Below, in pieces: positions 1-10,259 of a DNA stretch of 54,828 bases (positions within the stretch are counted from its first letter, which is position 1; each line of letters opens with the position of its first letter). Position numbers and translations under genes: made by a program. Origin of the DNA: a virus (taxonomy: Duplodnaviria > Caudoviricetes). The DNA is taken from positions 1-54,828 of the IMG/VR virus record IMGVR_UViG_3300022208_000004, one strand, 5' to 3'. The notes under the pieces are model-generated. The model was given only the letters and a program-made list of their open reading frames with translations, ran no database searches and was not told the origin of the DNA.

Positions 1-230
1 CCTTTAATAGATGAATTAACTCCTGCTAAACTCCATCTAGCAACTGCTAATGTAGCAGCAGGATTGATTGCGGTTTCTGGACCAAAAATTATACCGTCTA
101 TTTCATTACTTTCACTAGACGTTAATAATCCACCACCGAAGTAACCTTTGAATCCCCAGAAGTATATTTCCGCAAGACTAAGCCCCTCAATAGTTTCGGC
201 TTTAAGATAATTTTTGCTATTATAACTCAT
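1..230 (-). CDS. Partial CDS (runs off left end), probable tail-fibre-associated protein
   Basis: ATG at 230 overlaps the TAA of the upstream fibre gene; open frame MSYNSKNYLKAETIEGLSLAEIYFWGFKG... to the window edge. Confidence 0.6.
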   Translation of the reverse strand, partial: MSYNSKNYLKAETIEGLSLAEIYFWGFKGYFGGGLLTSSESNEIDGIIFGPETAINPAATLAVARWSLAGVNSSIK

Positions 231-2917
231 TAAATTATTATCCAACCCCCACTTGTTGCTACAATTGTTACTGCTTCATATGTAGTATTTAGCGTATATG
301 TTGGTGCATCATCTATAGTTTCAGAAGCATTCGGGTCAATTGTTACGGTATAAGGCAAAGGCATCATATTTTTAATATGAAAAGTTAATCCTAAGTTAGA
401 CGCTACGGCAGGAAGATATACGGTATAATTTACAGGTGTAGTTAAATCAATTACATGAATATAAGCACTATCTACACCTAAACTTACGGAAACGCTAGGT
501 GATGTATATACCGTACACCTATTAATAATGTTATACATACCAGCATTAGAAGAAGCTAATATGGTCCGCCCGCCAGAAGTTACTCCTAGAATGCCAACTG
601 CACTTAAAAAAAGTCCAGTATTGGTACTATTATTAAAAGTATAGGAAGGGGCGGACCAGGTTCCATCCTGGATGTAGTAAGGTATTATTGAAGAAACTGC
701 CACTGAGGATACACTAAACCTACCAGTACCACCAGTAGAAATAGCAATATTATCAGCGGCCGCCCAATATATTCCCGTATTATTATCACCAGTAAAAGTT
801 ATAGCGGGAGAAACAGCGGTTCCATTTTGGTTGTAAATCGGTAAGGTAGATGTAATATCAGAAGCCCCGATAGACAATCTTAAAGTGCCAGCAGTTGAAA
901 CGCCCAATTTATCCGCACTAATCCAATATAGACCAGTATTATTATCACCCGTAAAAGTTATAGCAGGTGCAGTAACGGTTCCATCCTGATTATAGAAAGG
1001 TAATGTAGATGTAATATCGGAAACACCAATAGACAATCTTAATAGACTGTTTGTGGATATACCGATTGTATTTGCTCCAATACGATATAATCCAGAAGTT
1101 GTTTCAGAAGTCCAGGAAAATCCAGGTGCGCCAGCCGTTCCATCAACAGCCCTGAAAATTTTATTAGTAAAGGTTTCTGTATTTGCCAATGTGGATAATG
1201 TTCCAGTTGTAGGAAGTGTGACATTGGTTATTGCCGTAGAGGTCAACGTCATTGAGAAAGCGCCAGACGTAACAAAATCATTTGCTAATGTTAGATTACC
1301 AGAAAGATTTATTATTCTATTTGCATCATTATGAGTTAAAGTTATGGTTCTATCTGCAATGTTAGTAAGAGAACCCATGACAAGGCTTGTTTCAAAGGTT
1401 CCATTTTTTATTGATAATCCGTTATTTAATATTCTAAGATATTTTCCAGCAGTATTAGTAAATGAAATCGTCTCAACATCATTTACTCTAAATGAATATA
1501 TACTTCCAGTTATACCATTGAAAATATTTGTAGTAGTTCCATCATGATATATTGATAAATCATTTCCATTTCCAAAATAGATTCTGGATGAATCTGGTAA
1601 ATATATTCCACCTTGAACGTATAAAGTATTTGCACCTTTTTTAGCCCCTGTTGAGCCTATTGAAACGGAACCATCTTCATAAATTCTTAGTCTTTGAATT
1701 AGATTGAGGTCAGGGTCAGTAGCACCAGAATCATTGGTATAGAAGATTAGGTCAGCATCAGCAGCACCCGTACCATTCTCTGAAGCGATTCTAGCGCCGA
1801 TATATGTGGCCAGGGTAGTAAGATCATAGTTAATGAAATCTATCAATCCAAACGGCGTTCCAGAGGCGTCTCTTGCGCCTAACAATCCAAGGTTAGATTG
1901 TCTTAGGTCAGTAGCAGAATTCTTACCATCAAAGAATAAATTATATTCGCTATAGATTCCAGAAATAGGATTGGTATTACTTTCAAAAATAAAACTGGTT
2001 CTTTTATTTAAAGTAAATCTGTCATTAACTTCCTGCCATCCAAAACTAGCATCAGAAGCAACCCTTAATGTCTTATCACCATCGGCACTAGATGAAATAT
2101 CCAATTCATTGCTTCTAAAAATAGTATGCTCAACACCATTTATGGACACCCCAATTTCATCGGTTACATAATAAAGTCCAGTATCAATATTATTTGTAAA
2201 TGTTATAGCAGGTGCGGAAACACTTCCATCCTGATTATAGAAAGGCAAAGTGGATGTAATAGCGGTTGTGGAAATGTCAAATCTTAATGTACCACCAGTG
2301 CTTACTCCTATTCTATCAGCGGCAATCCAATAAAGACCAGTATTAGTATCACTAGAGAAACTATAAGCTGGTAATAAGGCAGAACCCTTTGATATAGCCA
2401 AACTTCCATTCAATCCAGAAATAATTACGTTTACCCCATCAGCATAGACTACATGATTACGGTTAGTATCCAATAAGGTATAAGAACTTCCAGCACCAGA
2501 TAAAGTTACACCACTGGCTATTGTATTTGCAAATCTTAGAACACCTTGATTGTTTGTTCCAGATAGAGTGAATGTATATGTACTGGCCAAGTTTATTATT
2601 GTATCTGAATCAATATCAATGATTAGATTAATAGCTGATATGCTTATGTTTGCAGTAGCATTGTGTGTTCCACCTAATATTTTTATTCTATTTCCATCAA
2701 CAACAGAAGCGGCAAAGGAATCAATGAAATGAGTAGCCTCACCAGAGTTATATTCAGCCAAGCTTCCAACAACAATATCATAATCTGATCTTGCTCTGAA
2801 TATATTTAATTGAGTCTGATAATCCAATAAATTAGGAACACTCAATTCGCCAGTTAAGGCTATTTTGTTTATCCTTGTTCCATCTGTAAATGTTTTATCT
2901 TTTCTAATATATGGCAT
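230..2917 (-). CDS. Tail fibre protein with 53-aa repeats
   Basis: Repeated G.A.P..TF..D.NTGLY...AD.LG.ST.G..R..I units, Gly/Thr/Ser-rich; C-terminal YTVYLPA..GLTFHIKN..TIDPNASETID..W fibre domain; downstream of tail tube. Confidence 0.8.
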   Translation of the reverse strand: MPYIRKDKTFTDGTRINKIALTGELSVPNLLDYQTQLNIFRARSDYDIVVGSLAEYNSGEATHFIDSFAASVVDGNRIKILGGTHNATANISISAINLIIDIDSDTIINLASTYTFTLSGTNNQGVLRFANTIASGVTLSGAGSSYTLLDTNRNHVVYADGVNVIISGLNGSLAISKGSALLPAYSFSSDTNTGLYWIAADRIGVSTGGTLRFDISTTAITSTLPFYNQDGSVSAPAITFTNNIDTGLYYVTDEIGVSINGVEHTIFRSNELDISSSADGDKTLRVASDASFGWQEVNDRFTLNKRTSFIFESNTNPISGIYSEYNLFFDGKNSATDLRQSNLGLLGARDASGTPFGLIDFINYDLTTLATYIGARIASENGTGAADADLIFYTNDSGATDPDLNLIQRLRIYEDGSVSIGSTGAKKGANTLYVQGGIYLPDSSRIYFGNGNDLSIYHDGTTTNIFNGITGSIYSFRVNDVETISFTNTAGKYLRILNNGLSIKNGTFETSLVMGSLTNIADRTITLTHNDANRIINLSGNLTLANDFVTSGAFSMTLTSTAITNVTLPTTGTLSTLANTETFTNKIFRAVDGTAGAPGFSWTSETTSGLYRIGANTIGISTNSLLRLSIGVSDITSTLPFYNQDGTVTAPAITFTGDNNTGLYWISADKLGVSTAGTLRLSIGASDITSTLPIYNQNGTAVSPAITFTGDNNTGIYWAAADNIAISTGGTGRFSVSSVAVSSIIPYYIQDGTWSAPSYTFNNSTNTGLFLSAVGILGVTSGGRTILASSNAGMYNIINRCTVYTSPSVSVSLGVDSAYIHVIDLTTPVNYTVYLPAVASNLGLTFHIKNMMPLPYTVTIDPNASETIDDAPTYTLNTTYEAVTIVATSGGWIII
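620..1150 (-). repeat. Tandem 159-bp (53-aa) coding repeats in the tail fibre
   Basis: attatcacc(a/c)gtaaaagttatagc at 782 and 941 (period 159); further degenerate copies at about 2170-2390. Confidence 0.8.
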
Positions 2918-2932
2918 TGTTACCCTCTAAAA

Positions 2933-4921
2933 TTAAACCGCTTCTGTCAATACACTACCACTAGACACATATAATCTTCTAGGAAGTGATGTTACTCTAT
3001 CTACAAAAATATGTTCACCAGCAGAATTGTGTTCATAATTAAGACGTTCTGTATTATCTTTTGAAACATCTATATGAGTATAGGCTTCAACAAACTGAAT
3101 AACATTACCTGTTGCCCAGGTCGTCTTAGGCGCTATTGTATCCTTAGAATAAGTGCTTCCAGGTAAAAGTAATTCAACATAATCTATACCTTCGACTTGA
3201 AGCAATCCATTACGATAAACATACATTGATTGAATTCCGTTTATCCCTTTTGGAATAAACATGGCCGAATCTGGTAGTTTAAGATTACCACTACCTTGTA
3301 TGGTTATGTTAAATGAAAACCCTGGACTAGCTGTGCCATTAGATGCATTTGTGCAAGGACCAGTTGCAGAATTTGTTACAGTAACAACACTTGATAGTGA
3401 TGTAGAAGCGAAATCGGCAAGAGCCTCTAATACCGCCGCTGTTGCAGTAGCAACTTGAGCCGCCGTGTCAGTGGAATTTATAGCCACCACGGCACCAGTC
3501 CAGGCAGGATTAGGATTTGGATTTACGCCAGCACCATCAACATTATACCATACATAATAATGTTTTATATCGTTTGCAGAATACAAATGGAACCATTTAT
3601 TTGCTAAGGTTGAACCAGCCACGGTTGTTATTTGTGTTACTTCCGCCGTAGGAACAACATCACTTACCAAAGTCAATGTCTTATGCATTCTTGAAAAGGA
3701 GAAAGGGGGGTCTTGCCAGTTCCAGAATATTGCAAATGCATCTAGATTGGCCGCACCAAGCCAAGTCAATCTAATTGTAGCAGTAGAAATACCCGTCACT
3801 AGATTTATGTCCTGATCTTGGTTTTGGTTTACGCTGTTTATTGATACTTGAATATTTCCAGGATTATCAGATTCTAAATGAACATACAGTTTGTTGTAAG
3901 TAGCACCCAATGGCAAGGATGTTCTTTGGATATAATCACCACTACCACCAGAGTAGTTATTATCAGTGGAAGAATATACCAAACCAGATACTAGATAATT
4001 AGGGTCTGCACCAACTGGTTTCTTCATGGTATTGTAATAGGCAGAGGAATAGCTAAGGCTTGTAAATAAATTGTTTATGAGAATATCTTCTTGGGTTATA
4101 TCACCAGTACCACCAGAACCACCACCAGAACCCCCAACGCCACTAGATAGAAGTAGCAAACCATTTCCCAAAGATAGTCCAATCCTAATAGAAGTTTCTC
4201 CATTGGTTATACTACCTGCTATTGAATCGTGTAAGTAAACATAGGTTCCAGCGGGATACGTTGCATTGGGCATGTTTGAACCCATATTGATAAATCCCTG
4301 TGTCATTACAACTCTATCTGTAACGCTTGCGATTCCAATAAATTTATGAGGGGAGTTTACTGTTCCTGAATCAACTGCGATTGCCTTTTTATATTTACTA
4401 GCGGTTCCATCAAAATAAACCACATTGAAATCTCTTACAGCAGTATCGAATTTGGAAAATTCATCTATTGTTTTACCTACATAGTTCAATGAATTTCTAA
4501 AAATATATTCTGCGTTAGAATCTCCAAAAGTTATAATTGAGTTTGGTACTATGTGATTTTTACTATCAAGTCCGTTTGATACTACTTTGAAATAGGCAAT
4601 TGCTCTTTGAGAATTATTATCACCACCTAGAACGTTTACATAATTATTGAAAGAAATGTAGGCTAGAGTAACTATGTCTGTTCCATCAGCGGGCGCAATA
4701 GCATATATTATGTATTCACCTTCGGTTAAGGCAGGAGAAAAGGTAAAAGGATTAACAGACACAATGGTAAATCCTCTACCATTACCACCAATGTTAATCA
4801 TTCCATCTGGTATGTTAATTTTGTGAACAGTACCTACAGAATAATCTGAAATATCAACTATTGGACCTTTTAGAGAAATGAACCCCGCTGCTTGAGACGC
4901 AATTGAAAAAATCTCTGTCAT
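2933..4921 (-). CDS. Tail/fibre-attachment structural protein carrying one YYVWYN module
   Basis: Probable start is ATG 4921 (MTEIF) after GGAG at 4934-4937; GTYVYL..AGSIT and YRNGLLQ.EG.DY motifs typical of virion appendage proteins. Confidence 0.6.
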   Translation of the reverse strand: MTEIFSIASQAAGFISLKGPIVDISDYSVGTVHKINIPDGMINIGGNGRGFTIVSVNPFTFSPALTEGEYIIYAIAPADGTDIVTLAYISFNNYVNVLGGDNNSQRAIAYFKVVSNGLDSKNHIVPNSIITFGDSNAEYIFRNSLNYVGKTIDEFSKFDTAVRDFNVVYFDGTASKYKKAIAVDSGTVNSPHKFIGIASVTDRVVMTQGFINMGSNMPNATYPAGTYVYLHDSIAGSITNGETSIRIGLSLGNGLLLLSSGVGGSGGGSGGTGDITQEDILINNLFTSLSYSSAYYNTMKKPVGADPNYLVSGLVYSSTDNNYSGGSGDYIQRTSLPLGATYNKLYVHLESDNPGNIQVSINSVNQNQDQDINLVTGISTATIRLTWLGAANLDAFAIFWNWQDPPFSFSRMHKTLTLVSDVVPTAEVTQITTVAGSTLANKWFHLYSANDIKHYYVWYNVDGAGVNPNPNPAWTGAVVAINSTDTAAQVATATAAVLEALADFASTSLSSVVTVTNSATGPCTNASNGTASPGFSFNITIQGSGNLKLPDSAMFIPKGINGIQSMYVYRNGLLQVEGIDYVELLLPGSTYSKDTIAPKTTWATGNVIQFVEAYTHIDVSKDNTERLNYEHNSAGEHIFVDRVTSLPRRLYVSSGSVLTEAV

Positions 4922-4955
4922 AGTAAAATAAAACTCCAAAATTAATGTTCATTTC

Positions 4956-4963
4956 TATTTATG
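4956..4963 (-). promoter_or_regulatory. T4-type late promoter CATAAATA
   Basis: One mismatch to T4 late consensus TATAAATA; intergenic, just downstream of a terminator and upstream of an RBS. Confidence 0.65.
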
Positions 4964-4968
4964 AATAT

Positions 4969-5004
4969 AAAAAAAGGCTTCAAACAAAATGTGTGAAGCC
5001 TTTT
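4969..5004 (-). terminator. Intrinsic terminator after tail tube gene
   Basis: Inverted repeat aaaaggcttca(4972-4982)...tgaagcctttt(4994-5004) followed by a U-run on the minus strand. Confidence 0.75.
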
Positions 5005-5025
5005 AGTCTAATGTTTTCATTTAAT

Positions 5026-5598
5026 TTATTTCTTATTACTGTGTACTAAACCAATACCAGAACCTACTGTTGGGTCAACATCACTACTAAAGTAATTGAA
5101 TGTAAAAGAAACACTAAACTCTTGAACCTGGTCAACAGTTTCATGTGATAATTCAACCGTGTCCAGGCTCTTTGGCCATGCATCATGAAGGTAATAAGTC
5201 ATGATAGGGTCTTTACTACTGTTCCCTATTTGTTCCAATTTTATTATAGCCCTATATTCAGAGGCGGGTCTTCTTGTGTTTGTAATAGGGTCTGCTATGA
5301 GATTAACCCATTGTTCCATCAAGGTTCTAAGTTCAAGATTTATGTTGTTCCAAAAAATAACAGTATAGGGTTCATAAGTTATATCACCCGAACGCTTATC
5401 TTGATGGCCAAACCAGTTAAGGGTAGTGATTTCTCCTATTGTTCTACTAGGAATTGAGGCACTTTTAACATGATACTGCATATCCTCTGTAAATCCAGGT
5501 ACTCCCGTAGGAACATTCTCAAACGAAAGTAAGAAACGGTTTGGTCTAATTATATCTTCAACATTACTTTTAAAATCATGTATTGTAATTCCAGGCAT
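5026..5598 (-). CDS. gp19: Tail tube protein (T4 gp19-like)
   Basis: RPNRF, KSASIPS..IG, GD.TYEP.TV.F.N, AWP..L..VEL..E..D..QEF.V.F.F motifs; immediately downstream of sheath. Confidence 0.9.
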   Translation of the reverse strand: MPGITIHDFKSNVEDIIRPNRFLLSFENVPTGVPGFTEDMQYHVKSASIPSRTIGEITTLNWFGHQDKRSGDITYEPYTVIFWNNINLELRTLMEQWVNLIADPITNTRRPASEYRAIIKLEQIGNSSKDPIMTYYLHDAWPKSLDTVELSHETVDQVQEFSVSFTFNYFSSDVDPTVGSGIGLVHSNKK

Positions 5599-5614
5599 TT
5601 ATTTCTCCCTTAAA

Positions 5615-8137
5615 TTAAACTGTAAAATCACTAAATGAAGTGCCCATTTGAGTTATTGTCATTGTGCTTTTCAAGAATTCAGCGGTTCTTGTTGGCTTGA
5701 CATAAATTCCTACAAGCATTGCATTAGCTTCAACAATATCTTGAGTATTGTTAGTCTCATTTACCACTATCATATAGTCTATTAAACCACGTCTTGCTTT
5801 TATTCTACTATATAGTGGATTCAACACACCAGACACCCTACTTCTACTGATTGCATCATTTATAGTGAAGACAAATGGCTTTAATGATTTATCTGTAATT
5901 TCAGCCAATTCAATTAGATTTTCTCTAACGTTGATTCTATCCAAGGCAGAAGCTTCCGCTGTGTGTGTCTTTTGACCATAAATAATAGCATTACCCTCAC
6001 CAGGAATAGGTATGATTGGGTTAATAGCATTGTAATACAAAGAATCCCTACCAGTCTTATTTGGAATGAAAGCAAGCTTTATGGCATTTTTAATAACGCC
6101 TCTTGATGTTCCCGCAGTAGCTTCCCAAGGAGTTTTATTTACTGCAAACAACCCCGCAACGTCACCTGATATATTTACCCAACGGTTTACATCATTATAC
6201 TTATCGTACTGATATTTCATGTTTCCATAAACAGCAACAAAGGTTGAAGATGCATTGAACAGCATTGAATTGAATTTTGCTTCCACTGTTCCAAAGGCTT
6301 CTACAAGATATTTAACAGCTTCGGCGCTTGTCTTTCCTACCAATGCGGAATTATCATATGGTGCAACTATTCCCAAGCAATCTTTTCTTGTACCTGCTAT
6401 AGTAGCCCCTTTATTGTAATCCAACTCATGTGGAAGTATATATCTTACCTTTATTTCATCCTTGTTTTCAAATGAAAGATAGGCTTCAATAATATCAGCT
6501 TGAGTATATCCATTTGGATTATAGGCACCATTAGAAGTAGAATCCACTACTGGCCAATAGGCTTTTAATTCTGTTGTGGTTCCTATTCTTGGATAGATTG
6601 TTGTATATGTTGAATGGTGAATTATAGGTAAAGAGCCACCACCAGTATTAACTTCTTTGGTACTATTCTGGTTTACCTTTACATACACATATTTTGAATT
6701 ACTAGCTAAAACAGATTCGGCAAAATTGATTCTGTTGAAAGTATCTCTACCAGTTTCTTTCCAGGAAAGAACCCATTTTTCCAATACAGTGAATGAACCA
6801 TCATCTTCTTTTTTGAATACTATCATAGCAAATTCACCTAAAGAAAATTTAGGCATGAATTCAAAGAAAGAAGAAAATTTAGATTGCATATCTGTTGAGA
6901 CACTTTCATTCCAAGCAGCCTCATTTGAGCAAACACCGATTCCTATTTCAGCATCTACTGATGTAACATATTTTCTGTAGACAGCCAATCTTGAATCTGT
7001 AATATTTCCTCTTAATGATGTTGTAGAGACAGTAAAATTATCCAAGGTTTGATTTGGAGTAGCATTTACTGAAGTAACGGCAATTCCTGAAACGGAACCA
7101 TTTATTAATTCACTTGCGGCAAAAGCACCAGTTACATCTGATAATGTAAGGGTATTACTTGATATATTAGCAATCTTTCCACTTGCACCAGACGTTTGAC
7201 CAGTTATAGTTTCCCCTAGAACAACCAAAGCACCACCACCAGTTATTAGGTTTATCTTTCCAGTCAAATCCCAACCAGTCAAGGCAGTAGCATTCAATAA
7301 GTTGATTGTTGTTCCATCACCACCTATTTTCAAGGTTTCAATACCATTTACAATCAATATACCAGAATCAGCACCGCTAGAAGGCAATCCTTTTTGAGAA
7401 ACCTGATTGCCTCTCAATTTGGTTCTTAATTTCATTGTATATTGATCTGTTGCAGCATGAGTATATTCAACAATAGTTTTAGATATTGAAGCGATATTCA
7501 TGTTTGTAATAGTTGTTTCTGCAACATCACTATTATACAAAGTGCCTTGTTCAACTGCCTGATAGGTAGACAAAGTAGTTTTTGTTGAATTTGCTAGAGT
7601 TACGTTGTTTGAAGTTGGTGTTCCTGTAGCAGAACTTGTGCCACCCGTGACAATGTTAATAGAACTAAATGTTCCAGATACTTTTATTAGTCCAAGGTAA
7701 GTATTGGTTCCTGAAGTTCTTTTAGAGAAAATTATAGCAGTTGCGTTTGTTACTGCTTGAGAAACAGTTTCGCCAATAACAAAGGTTCCTGTCAAGGATG
7801 CTGTAACAAATTCCAATTCTCTTACAACCTGCCCGCCAGTTAGAACTAAACCAGTATTCTTTGTAGCCTTGGCTTGGTCAATAGGTCTTACGTTGTAAAC
7901 ATCGGAAACATATTGTAAAGCATTCCAAGCCTGATACCAGTCATGGTAGTTATATTTTGTAGGCTTGTTGAAATAGGATTGTAATATACTTTCGCCTTCT
8001 GTCTTAGTCACTTGAAAAGCGGGACCGTTGTCGGCTCTCAAAATATTAGCAATTGATTTACCTGCGATTTGGGCAGGTTTCTGTGAAACGTTTCTTTCAA
8101 ACAGTTCATGACCTGGACTTAGGCTAAACTCTGTCAT
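5615..8137 (-). CDS. gp18: Contractile tail sheath protein (T4 gp18-like)
   Basis: LSPG..ER N-terminus; YQYDKYNDVNRWV..GDVAGL, PW..AG..RG, LY...INP, DRINVR, KPTRTAEF C-terminal motifs. Confidence 0.95.
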   Translation of the reverse strand: MTEFSLSPGHELFERNVSQKPAQIAGKSIANILRADNGPAFQVTKTEGESILQSYFNKPTKYNYHDWYQAWNALQYVSDVYNVRPIDQAKATKNTGLVLTGGQVVRELEFVTASLTGTFVIGETVSQAVTNATAIIFSKRTSGTNTYLGLIKVSGTFSSINIVTGGTSSATGTPTSNNVTLANSTKTTLSTYQAVEQGTLYNSDVAETTITNMNIASISKTIVEYTHAATDQYTMKLRTKLRGNQVSQKGLPSSGADSGILIVNGIETLKIGGDGTTINLLNATALTGWDLTGKINLITGGGALVVLGETITGQTSGASGKIANISSNTLTLSDVTGAFAASELINGSVSGIAVTSVNATPNQTLDNFTVSTTSLRGNITDSRLAVYRKYVTSVDAEIGIGVCSNEAAWNESVSTDMQSKFSSFFEFMPKFSLGEFAMIVFKKEDDGSFTVLEKWVLSWKETGRDTFNRINFAESVLASNSKYVYVKVNQNSTKEVNTGGGSLPIIHHSTYTTIYPRIGTTTELKAYWPVVDSTSNGAYNPNGYTQADIIEAYLSFENKDEIKVRYILPHELDYNKGATIAGTRKDCLGIVAPYDNSALVGKTSAEAVKYLVEAFGTVEAKFNSMLFNASSTFVAVYGNMKYQYDKYNDVNRWVNISGDVAGLFAVNKTPWEATAGTSRGVIKNAIKLAFIPNKTGRDSLYYNAINPIIPIPGEGNAIIYGQKTHTAEASALDRINVRENLIELAEITDKSLKPFVFTINDAISRSRVSGVLNPLYSRIKARRGLIDYMIVVNETNNTQDIVEANAMLVGIYVKPTRTAEFLKSTMTITQMGTSFSDFTV

Positions 8138-8182
8138 AATTATTCTCCAAATAAAACTTATGTTTTTTAACTATGTTTATTT

Positions 8183-8190
8183 TATTTATG
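8183..8190 (-). promoter_or_regulatory. T4-type late promoter CATAAATA upstream of sheath
   Basis: Intergenic motif about 46 nt upstream of the gp18 ATG, with a GGAG RBS between. Confidence 0.65.
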
Positions 8191-8198
8191 TTTTCTTA

Positions 8199-10259
8199 CT
8201 AAAAAATAGAACTTGATGATTCGTCTTCTATGGAAGAATAAAATTCTGGAACATCATCATCTTCAATATCACTCAAACTTGTATTATTTATTATTCCCCT
8301 AACATTATTTCTCATTTCTTCAGGTGTTTTGTCTTTCATCTTTGCAATTTTCTTGAGTGCTTCCATTATTCCTAGCCCCTTTTCTGTTTTGTCTAAAATA
8401 GTTTCATTTAATTCTGCAATCTTTTCTCCAAATAATGGCCTATCTTGAAGAAACAATAATGAATGTATCAAAGCCGCTACAGCATCATCCTTATAACCTT
8501 GTTCTGCCTCATAACTGTTTTTCTTTTTAGTGTAAGTTGATAATTGCGTAATTGTAGTGGCATCACATATAACCAAACCATATCTTTCAATAAGCATCTT
8601 TAACAACAAAGCGCCTTTCTTTTTATTCTTCTTTGTTGTCCTGAATCCAAACACATTAGGCTTTTGAGAATACACATTTTCATACTCAAATGTATAGTTA
8701 AGTGTATCAGCCATTTCCTGCCCAACCGAATCATTAGTTTCAATGAAAATATAGGCATTATTATAATATCTACCTATACTGTTAAGCAATTCTGGTATTT
8801 CCATGTAGTGAACACCAGTTCCTATAACAACAGTTGCAATCTGTTTGTAAGGAATATCAGTTATATCAATAACCTGTATGGCAACAGAGTCACCAGCGGA
8901 TTCTGTAGTTATTTTAGCAGGGTCAACCCCTACAATATAATCATGCCCAATAATCCTATCATGGTAAATACTTATGTGACCTTCATAGTAATCGTTTATC
9001 TTTGTTATGTCTTTATACAAGGTCACATAACTTTCAGGCAGAGGGTCTAATACTGTCATATCTTCCATGTATTCACCATCAACCAATGAGTTTGAGGATG
9101 AAAGAAATTTACAGTTAAATTCTTGTTGAAATTTTCTTCGGCCAAGGTTTCCTATTGTCTGTTTCTCAAATACACCATCAATTATGTGATAGTTGCCATA
9201 TCTAAATTCAACTTCTTTAAAGCTATGTTTTTTTCCTTGGTGAACAATTAACATTGATTTGTAATCAGTTTCCGTGAAACCTGCGTGTAATTCTTTCATG
9301 GAATAGGCTTTTATTTCATTGTTATATTCAACATCAATAACATCATCATCATTCATGGAAACAAATTTATCATCTATGACATTTGCATAACCAGGGACTT
9401 CTTTCCAAAGTATTTCACAAGGAACAAATTCATTTTTCTTATCCAGTGCTTGCTTCCACATTTTGTAAAAATAATTCATACCTAATGGAGTTGAAACCAT
9501 TATTACTCTAGAAGATTTTGACGATGAAATAGTAGGGTAAACAGATTCCCAAAAAGGGTCCCAAATAGTATCGGACAAGTGAGCCGCTTCGTCAATAATT
9601 AAAAGATTTATCGTCTCACCACGAATAGAGTCTGAGGCCGTTGTTCCTGCGAAAACCTTGCATCCATTTTCTAGTTGAATTTCTGTCTTATTCCAGGTTA
9701 TAGCGCCTTGTTGTAACCAGAACGGAAGATTGGTATAAGCCAATTTTATTCTATGTAAGATTTCTTTAGCCTGTTTTTCTTTGTTGGCCAGAATGACAAC
9801 ATTCTTATATTCATTGAAAAGAACATAATGCAATACATAAAGCGCAAATGAAGTTGAATTGTGTGAAAGAATATCATTGGTATAATATAGGGAATCGTCA
9901 ACATCCAATAGGTCAAACATATGTTCTTTATTATCATTTCTCTTGACCTTGATTAAGGTTTCAATACCATCCTTTGTTTTGATTCTTGTTTTATTTTCAA
10001 TACAGTCTTTTGTGAATATCTCATTGTCGTTTTCATCAATGAGAATATGATTATCAGCACAAAATAGTTTCTTTCCTTTATCTGTTTCGATTTCCCAAAC
10101 ATCAAATTTTACAGTTTTGCCTATACCCTCAAATGGTTTCCATCCCTGATTTGTCCAGACTTTATAATCAGAAACCTTTACTTCATGTATGAATTTATCA
10201 TCTTCTGAGTAAGCCCAATTGATTAGTTTTCGTTTTAACTCTGTAAAAATTCCAAACAT
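8199..10259 (-). CDS. terL: Terminase large subunit C-terminal part, fused to a C-terminal split-intein half
   Basis: aa1-134 intein C half ending LSHN|S; then ILANK, SIRG, IIDEAAH (Walker B), STPLGMNYFY, GVDPA, KDDAV nuclease motifs of gp17. Confidence 0.95.
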   Translation of the reverse strand: MFGIFTELKRKLINWAYSEDDKFIHEVKVSDYKVWTNQGWKPFEGIGKTVKFDVWEIETDKGKKLFCADNHILIDENDNEIFTKDCIENKTRIKTKDGIETLIKVKRNDNKEHMFDLLDVDDSLYYTNDILSHNSTSFALYVLHYVLFNEYKNVVILANKEKQAKEILHRIKLAYTNLPFWLQQGAITWNKTEIQLENGCKVFAGTTASDSIRGETINLLIIDEAAHLSDTIWDPFWESVYPTISSSKSSRVIMVSTPLGMNYFYKMWKQALDKKNEFVPCEILWKEVPGYANVIDDKFVSMNDDDVIDVEYNNEIKAYSMKELHAGFTETDYKSMLIVHQGKKHSFKEVEFRYGNYHIIDGVFEKQTIGNLGRRKFQQEFNCKFLSSSNSLVDGEYMEDMTVLDPLPESYVTLYKDITKINDYYEGHISIYHDRIIGHDYIVGVDPAKITTESAGDSVAIQVIDITDIPYKQIATVVIGTGVHYMEIPELLNSIGRYYNNAYIFIETNDSVGQEMADTLNYTFEYENVYSQKPNVFGFRTTKKNKKKGALLLKMLIERYGLVICDATTITQLSTYTKKKNSYEAEQGYKDDAVAALIHSLLFLQDRPLFGEKIAELNETILDKTEKGLGIMEALKKIAKMKDKTPEEMRNNVRGIINNTSLSDIEDDDVPEFYSSIEDESSSSIF
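9858..10259 (-). mobile_element. Split intein C-terminal half (IntC, 134 aa)
   Basis: DYKVWTNQGWKPFEGI, block B CADNH, block F MFDLLDV, block G YYTNDILSHN followed by +1 Ser. Confidence 0.9.
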
